Positions 26,190-33,929 of a stretch of 33,929 nt of DNA are shown piece by piece; positions within the stretch are counted from its first letter, which is position 1, and the number at the start of each line of letters is the position of its first letter. Origin of the DNA: Catajapyx aquilonaris (lineage: Eukaryota); NCBI GenBank assembly GCA_000934665.2, contig JYFJ02004203.1, forward strand, positions 1-33,929, written 5' to 3'. The notes under the pieces were generated by a model. It ran no database searches, was not told the origin of the DNA, and saw only the letters and a program-made list of their open reading frames with translations. Both the position numbers and the translations under genes were made by a program.

Positions 26190-26262
<73 letters not shown>

Positions 26263-26425
26263 TCATTTACCCTTCCCTGTGCCCATGAATGACCGGCAGC
26301 CCTTTGCTCCTGGCGTATCTTCTGTTTCCGTCCATAATGATAGCTACATGTCGCGGAACATCTCCTTGCTTCACTATCTGGATAAGAAAGCGCTGCATCC
26401 AACTCATGTTGCTCTCTTCAGCCAT
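24668..26425 (-). CDS. DHDDS: cis-prenyltransferase, DHDDS-like, copy D (299 aa, 6 coding exons)
   Basis: Exons 26425-26271, 26189-26028, 25752-25604, 25324-25140, 25078-24971, 24808-24668 (900 nt); all GT-AG with motifs intact ([38 protein letters not shown]). Confidence 0.92.
26193..26261. repeat. (AAT)23 microsatellite forming most of the first CDS intron of copy D
   Basis: 69 of the 81 nt of intron 26190-26270. Confidence 0.95.
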
Positions 26426-26612
26426 GTTTGATTGTGTTCACAGGAATCTTCAAATACTACATTTAGTAAGGAAACATCTCAATAGCAAATTAGCAATAAG
26501 GGATTCATTGTGGTGCATCACTTTTTGTCGTGAATACGTCTTTAAAATCGGATCCGTAGCCTATAGAGGGGGGGCATGCAGGCAAACTCGAGCGTTACAG
26601 AAAAGCGTTTCA

Positions 26613-26657
26613 GTATATTATAACCGAGTATATTATAACCGAGTCTACTATATCCGA
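26613..26657. repeat. 15-bp minisatellite, two perfect units and one degenerate unit
   Basis: GTATATTATAACCGA x2 then GTCTACTATATCCGA. Confidence 0.8.
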
Positions 26658-27979
26658 ACTACAACACTACACTATATTGCCGAAGGAAATGGTGTCGGTT
26701 GTGCGGTAGGCTACTTACTGTACTAAATTAGTAGGTCATTATCACAACTAAAGGGGTGGGGGTGGGACGGGTTGCTTGTAGGTTTATTTTCACAAGTTTT
26801 AATTTAGTTCATATATTGGGTTAGCTTGTCTCCCTGCATCGCTGACTACCCCCCTTACAGGGAAATGTCGTGTATGGTGGTGGTGATGATATGATTATCA
26901 CAACCAATCTATCTTCAAAATTATCGAAAAATTAGTTAGCAACGGAATTGGATAGTCCAGGCTAAATACCATCGTTCCACATAAGTGCAATTTTAATTGT
27001 CTGCCTATTTATCATTTAAAATTAATGTGAAATTTGTATGGACATAGGAAAATCACCCAGTGTCTGAATCTGCATTTAGAAACTACTGAAAACCAGTTGA
27101 TTGAAAGATAAATTAGATAGTTATATGGAAATAAATCAATGTAATGAAGACGACGTTGGATGACAAATTATTGCTTTTCATTGCTCTCATAATTATACAT
27201 TACTTTCATTATGCGTCACTTATGCTATTAAAATTTACGTTTTGTAGAGCTTTCAGTATTGACCTGCATTATCAGCCTGGCTTGAAGAAAGTATAGGAAA
27301 TCTTCCTTGGCAGTTTCACAACCATGGTATCATAATATATTTTCAATTTATCATTGTGATTTGTAAATCTGAAACATTTTTTCAAAGAGTCACGCGTAAT
27401 TTCACAACAATAATGTAAAGAAAATGTAGAACTATAATTATTATTTCATTAATGTGATTCGAGTGGAAGTTTCATCTCCAATTCATCTCCCTTTTCCTTC
27501 ATACACAGTGTCTGAATGAAGAAGCAGATCTAATTACGTTTGTCTAGTACTCTAGTCGGATAGTACAGGCGGAAAATTCTCATTGCATTTATATACCGCA
27601 TGTAATGGAAACCTGTCTTGCGAGGAAAATCTTTTGAGGAATTGATAAATTTCGAAATGAGCAGTTGGTAAAATCTGCATAATTTTGGCTTCGTTTTGGG
27701 TCCAAATTTGGACGCTGATTGTTAGAAACTTTGGTCAAACATCGACATTACCCCCGCATTTTATACCCAGTTTGGGTCCATATTTGTGTCTACGGAAGAT
27801 GTGTCACTACGTATTGTCGCCTTCAAATATTGTCAGGTCACCTGCTTGTAAACTATCTGAAAGTATTAAAATTCCTCCAAACCAATAATGCCCTTCGTGT
27901 CCTGCCACTGCAAAAACTGAATCTCGGACAGTACTCAGCATAATATTATGCAGCTGATATTCCTACCGACAATCTATTC

Positions 27980-30900
27980 ACTTACCTTCGTATGTCAATG
28001 TAAGAAACTATACGGTATTCTTCTCCGCCACTAGAGAAATGAGTATATGCTTACCTGCGAGGGTTCTTTATAGACTTGCATGATGCAAGAATGCTGACCT
28101 TGTCAACTCTGACGATGACACGAACTCATGAAGAAGAAAAAAAATCTCAATCTCTGCCTCATAACGATACAGTGTGTGCTTCCCACTTTTTAACAGTAAA
28201 CAAGCTTAGAACTAAAAATATTTCTCAACTTTCGACGCGCTGCTTGGAACTACGTAATTGGATGGAAAAGTGAGAAGAAACACGTGATTAGACAGTAAAG
28301 TGGGAAAATGCAGGAACTTTTGACTTTGATTGCATAATAACCTGATTATATAATAATTTAAACATGCCTTGACACATTAAATAATTTTCAAATAAAAGTT
28401 GACCTCTACTGAAATGTACAATTATGCCTTTATACACATAAACTTTTTTTTAGACATTATATGTACTACGATCTAAAAATGATTATATTTTAGTCTGAAA
28501 TTACTGGAATTTCCTTACACTTTCGCCTCTGAAATGACTCACTCTTGTCGCTAGGTGTCCAGGTATCAATTTAGCAATTAATTATCCAAGTAACTAATAC
28601 ATTGATATAACAATATTAACCATTGATTTTCTATTTAAAACTTCAACCGTTAAAATTTATGTATTTTCTTGAAGTGGCGTAAATGAAGTCAGAGTGAAAT
28701 GATTATTGAAATATATTTCTAATTACCACAGATAATAATCACTTATACCTAATTCAAGATAATTATCTGCTACTTCAGGAAACACATAAAATTAAGGCCG
28801 TATATAGCGCCTTACAGTGAATTTCATGATCTTGCAAATTAAAATAACTGCAGGTTTTATTACTAATTTTTATTATTAATACCGTGTCTGTTCTGTAATG
28901 GGGGCTAATTTCGTGCTTTATTACTAGAATATCACCGTAGTCATAGTGACTTGCTATATGTGATACTGTTGCATGATCGTCCTTGGTAGGAAGCACTGCA
29001 AAGGTTTCGTGAGCCCAAGCGTTATACAACATCAGTTTGTTATTAAGGAAGCATGTGACATTAAGGAAGCAGGTGAAATGTGCCGAAAGCTAAATTAATT
29101 TTGAAAATGCCTACTACTGGCAGGCCCAATTTAGTATTTAAAAATTCACAAAAAGTACCCCAAACTTAAACCACAATTATAATTGCGAATAATTGATACA
29201 TTTCTAGGTATAGTCACCCGGATAAACCGGGGAATAATCTCTCAGCAAATCTTGCTCAAAAATATATTGCACATCTGAAACGTCATAGTAATTATTGCTT
29301 TATATTTATTGCTTTAAAAATGTCAGTAAATAAAGCAATCAACGTGGCATGTAGCATGCACCTTTCAGATTAATGTGTATTTTTTTTACTGAAGAGATGG
29401 TGAGCACAGAGGGATGGGAGCTTATTACCATGGGAAATATTATCGCACATGCTTGTCGATTTCTTAATAATGCTTTTTTCTTCTGTTTACACGTGTGAGA
29501 AGATTCCATTATTTGGATATATGTTTTCTATATTTTTTCGCCACTTTCGTGCCGCAATATTACTCGACACGAAAGAAATTACATTTATTTAGGAAAGAAA
29601 ATCACCTATATCTAAAAGAGAAGGAAGTTTCTCTTTCTGTCCTTTTTTGAATCATGCTCCTGATGCGTGTGATAAACATGTACAGGTAACTTGTTTATAA
29701 ATCTTCCCGATCCAATGAATCGGCATGAACTCTTGATAGTTCATGCCCAAAATTAACATAACGTAGCATAATTTCACATAAATGCATGGGAATGTGCAGA
29801 AAAATAAACCAAACTGAGCCATTCATTGCTTCTAGCTCCAAGGTATAGATGGCCTTGACTGATTTTATCGAGGATTTTATGCCTTCTGAGCATGCAGACA
29901 TCACTATAGGATGATGTGTTTAATTACGAATTCCGTGATAATGGTGTGCACAGTCGTGTAAATAGACGTGGCCGCCTTTGCCTCAAAGATATGCATCTAA
30001 ACTACTGGTTTCATGTGAATCTCCAGGAAGTTCTCCGCCTTATGTTTTCCTTACAGAGATTTACTGCCTCCCAACTCCCGGTGTTATTTATTATGTAATT
30101 ATGCAGTGTTGTTTTGATGAGTCAGCTAATGTATGCTTCATGCAGCATTTCCTCTTTTCCAGTGTTTTACTTTTATGGTAGAATGTTAACTATAGGTCGA
30201 ATGAACTGCAGTAGCCGTACAATATAGATGCAGGGGTATAATATATCATAACGTGCAACACTGTCTGGTTAATTACAGACATTTTTTCACACGCCCTTCA
30301 TGTGACTGAGATAGTGAAAGTGTACTTAGTTCTCATTGTGCTATATACAAGCAGTCGTGTCATTCGCAATTTTTTTATAATTGTGTAGTATCAAGTACAG
30401 AATTGAATGTATGTTACAAAAGGTCTTACCCTTTCCTTAAGTGATGCCTTGGATAAACAGTTTCTTGGCTTCTGTTTTAATCCAGTGTCATGTAGAGGGA
30501 TATCTCAGTACTTAAACCATCAGTGAGGAAGAGATGTAGTCGCAAGCTTGATGTGGCCATCATATGGGAAGCATGAAAGGACAAAAATAATATAATATTA
30601 TTAATGTGAATGTTGCTTATGATAGAAATAATTGTGCTCACCACTTACATGCAATAATCAGGAGTGATGAATTCGTAACAGTATGTTAATTATTCAAAAA
30701 ATAATGCAATCGTAATCCATTTACAGACGATGTTAGAAAAAAATTGATGAGATTAGTTTTGCATAAGTTGTTATTAAAACCCCACTTTGAAACTTTTTGC
30801 AGTGTAATGTTGAAACATATCCTGTTTTGGACCAAAAAAAATTCGTCCGTTCCATGCAGTACTTGAGAATTGCTTGAGTAAGACCTGTGGTACATCTCAA

Positions 30901-33103
30901 ATCAATTGGTGAAGGTCTTACGTGCGCTTGCCTTGTTCTCCGTAAGACTAATTACTGCTTTGTTTTTTCACATGTGAAGCATGACATGTACCATTGCTCA
31001 ATCCTGTAGTGAAGTGTGATGATAGTCATTTTCAGAAATTATAGTGAAGTTTCCTCACCCTGCAGTGTTCACATTATTTGCTATGTTTGAGTCATGTAAT
31101 TCACGCGGCTAAAACAAGCAAAATTGAGGCCATGACACACGTCAGAAATACGCAAAAAAATATGTTGAAACCTCAGTCATTTTTGCAGAGCAGAACAGGT
31201 CCGATGGAGCTCTAGAAATGTAAACAAATAATTAACTAGTGTCTCATTATTTTATAACGAAATAGGTCGAAAACAAGGATTCAATTGGGAATAAAAAAGT
31301 TAGTAGCATCACATGACACAATATTAGTGACAAGATTATAGTGATAATTATCCTGCTTTTCGCTACATCACTTTATATTATCTATTCCCACGCTGCACAT
31401 ACCTATACGTAAGTCATTGCATAAGATATCCACCTAGCATGTTTGCTACTATTCAGTCTTCCCACAAAAAATTAATAGTTGCTTCACTGTGTCCCTCGGT
31501 AATCATCTTCTCCTAATGCTGCACTAACTTGTAAAGTTTCCGTCCATAACATGTCCAAGACCTTACATCAATACTGACGTATTGTTGCATTCCAGGTCAA
31601 CTTTTTGTTCTTATAGTCATGAAGCTCAAATTGTCTCTGAAAAATTAATCATACGAATCTATCGTGAGCAAACAAATATGCACTATATGCTGGAAAAGAA
31701 TGGGCATGACGTGACAATAGCAAACACTGGACGTAACGCCCAATGATAATAATAATTTAAGTAAATGTCTCATGCCCACTCTTTGCTTTTAACAATGATA
31801 TTACTCACATGAATTGTTTATATATCTCTCAGAGACATTTCACCATCAATCAGTCTTGGTATTGCTTAGGAAACAATATTGCTTTCGTTTATCAGATCGC
31901 TTTTCTTGGGATTGGAAGACGATGGAACTAATCAGAGTTAGTAACAAAAAACATGTATCATAACATTATTTATTGCACATGTCTCGTTGTAAGTAAATAG
32001 TAATACAACTTGAATATAGTGCACGCTACAAATCTGGCATTAAATTCGTCAGTAAATGTACTGCGATGGGCATGTGAATTCACCAACGTGAATCATGTAA
32101 TTCGCTTGACATAGCACTGATGTGTGGTGAGATCAATGATGAGATATCTATTTTTTCTGTTAATTACATAAGCAATTTCTGACGAAGAAATGGGTGGCCT
32201 GAGAATGTTTCCTTGTATTTTTTGCATTGTATCATTGCTCAAATACATGTATACCTGCACGAAATTCACATCATACATTGAAAATAATTCGCTTTACGTA
32301 ATTCCGCGTGCGAATCATGAACAGGTGTGTAATGATGTTTATCATCAATATTTAGCTATGAGATTAATATTAATTTCAGTGTGTTTTGTAATCAGCGATT
32401 CACGATCCATCTACAGGGTGATGCACAGGCCTTTTCCAATATTCAAAAGACGGAGGTTAAAAGGTTATACATCACTCTACTATTTTCAGAGGTTAAACCC
32501 GTTGAGACCAATAGACTCATGACCTCATCAGTCTGGATTGTTTCTTACCTTTCCATTGGGTTCTGGAGTAGACAATCCATTAGACACCGAACTTGAACAG
32601 TGCAGCAGTAGGAGTGCGCAAAATAATACCACCATATCTATGTACTGTCCATATGTAAAAATTTGACAGTAAAAATATTTAATAATTATGCAAAATGTCC
32701 TATAATTATTTTTAATCGTCATTATTGAGCATCATACAAAGCCGAGCCAACACCCATACACCAGAGCACCAGAGTGACTATTCTGTTTGGTGACGATATG
32801 TTAATGTTTTGCTTCGATTCCGGTTGTTTGAGATTTATAAAATATGTTTTGTTTGGAATCTGGAAAGGCAACATTCGCAATGAGTGAATATTGCTTACCC
32901 TTGCCTTGTAAAGAAAACCCTCTGATTACTTTTTGTCAGGAACCCCCACCTGCGGGGTCCCTGGCTCCGTACTAGCTCACGGGTTCAATCAAACACGGAC
33001 ACCGGATGAGGTATAAATGTAACTGTATTTGGCCACAGGCCCGCCTGCACAGTCGCAAAGCGGGGAAGGGAATGTTATATCGGGGAAGGGAAAGGGAAGA
33101 AGG
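27980..33103 (-). ncRNA. Possible spliced non-coding transcript (snoRNA-host-like), boundaries uncertain
   Basis: Series of minus-strand donors (GTAAG/GTGAG near 32898, 32548, 31808, 31566, 30921, 30648, 30429, 28054, 27985). The three candidate exons I translated have stops in all three frames. Introns contain C/D-like boxes and stems. Confidence 0.4.
32392..32531 (-). ncRNA. Candidate box C/D snoRNA
   Basis: Boxes in canonical order inside a putative intron: C TGATGA (32530-32525), D' CTGA (32489-32486), C' GTGATGT (32475-32469), D CTGA (32395-32392). Target not identified. Confidence 0.35.
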
Positions 33104-33732
33104 CGAACCCCCTCCTCCGACATGGTTGCCACTTTCCCGGCCACCACGTGGCGGAGTTGCCACATGGTGTCACATTTTCCACAAAATAATACTATCTTAT
33201 AACAAAACCTACTCGATGTGGTGTTCATTCCCTTTGGTGAAATAATTCATTGTGTTATGAAAGTTTCCTTTGTGAGAAATGTATGAAAAATGGAGAACAC
33301 GCCATTGAAAATTACAGGTTCACATTTCATAGTTAACTGCGCGTGCAAGATTGTGCGAAGAAAAATAGAAAAGAATTTTTTTGCATGGATAATAATTAAT
33401 CTGAGCACTGTACCCACCTACAGGTGAACAAATTGAATCATATGCATATACGTACTATTGTTGGTTCATGATAAATCATGCTGCGAGGGGAATTTTCGTA
33501 TATTTCTCAATTCGAGTTGCAAGTAGTGATATGTCACGAAAACCTGGCGGTAAAAATCATTATAGCTCATTAGTGCTGTGCGACTTACCGAGTGTTCTTA
33601 ATATGTCATAAATTCTACGGTATTAAATAAGGCATATAGACATACCGGCACAGAATAGTGGAATGCCATTTTGTAACTACGGTATAATGTAGAATAGACT
33701 GCCATTCTAAAATAATCTGGAAGAATCTGGAC

Positions 33733-33788
33733 CAGGGATGGAAAAAGAACCGCTTCCTCCCAAAGAAGCGGTTCTTTTTCCATCCCTG
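33733..33788. mobile_element. 56-bp hAT-like MITE (perfect 24-bp TIRs, 8-bp TSD)
   Basis: CAGGGATGGAAAAAGAACCGCTTC, 8-nt spacer, GAAGCGGTTCTTTTTCCATCCCTG; flanked by ATCTGGAC at 33725-33732 and 33789-33796. Confidence 0.85.
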
Positions 33789-33929
33789 ATCTGGACCTTA
33801 TATCATAAAGGGCGTTAGCATGCCCCATAGAAGGCCGAATTGCACCTATCATCTCGATATTATTGTGACAGGTGCTCTATGTATTCGACGTGATTCTTGT
33901 CAAGTTTCTCCAAAAAATTAGTTATTCGT

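Noticed and set aside
15412..26402. Poly-Leu and poly-Ile ORF segments resembling signal peptides (15412-15636, 15446-15772, 26024-26266, 26184-26402)
   Set aside because: They are translations of the intronic (ATT)n repeats; splice sites and paralog exon sizes exclude them.
14167..26425. Four copies as an assembly artefact or a bacterial horizontal transfer
   Set aside because: The copies differ widely in introns and last exons, share spliceosomal intron positions, and have DHDDS-type N- and C-termini without the RXG tail of bacterial UppS.
29015..32086. Short matches to conserved rRNA (CCAAGCGTT, ATGCTTGTC, GAATTCACCAA) as snoRNA guide assignments
   Set aside because: Matches of 9-11 nt are expected by chance at this scale and most are not correctly placed relative to a D box; no family assigned.
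32483..32532. CUGAUGAG...GAAA on the minus strand as a hammerhead ribozyme
   Set aside because: Stem II does not close next to GAAA and no stem I/III with a cleavage triplet is evident.
33598..33852. 84-aa minus-strand ORF
   Set aside because: Runs through the MITE palindrome and has no recognisable domain.

Overview
AT-rich eukaryotic DNA with short GT-AG introns, most likely arthropod (ABCH transporter plus a cuticle-type protein). In order along the window: (1) a secreted His/Gly/Ala/Pro/Val-rich cuticle-like gene with an intronless CDS on + (4599-6098); (2) a complete 10-coding-exon ABCH-type half transporter on - (7997-10684, 692 aa); (3) a tRNA-derived SINE with a 15-bp TSD inside an orphan copy of the prenyltransferase promoter/leader-exon module; (4) four tandem DHDDS-type cis-prenyltransferase genes on - (14167-26425), all keeping the catalytic motifs, plus remnants of at least two more units; (5) about 5.5 kb of apparently non-coding but spliced minus-strand sequence with snoRNA-like intronic structures; (6) a 56-bp hAT-like MITE. 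The lead hypothesis, which is inference, is a clustered cuticular polyisoprenoid synthesis and export locus: amplified, TATA-driven cis-prenyltransferases next to a cuticular-lipid exporter and a cuticle protein. All exon models were derived by hand and checked for phase; no database searches were run.
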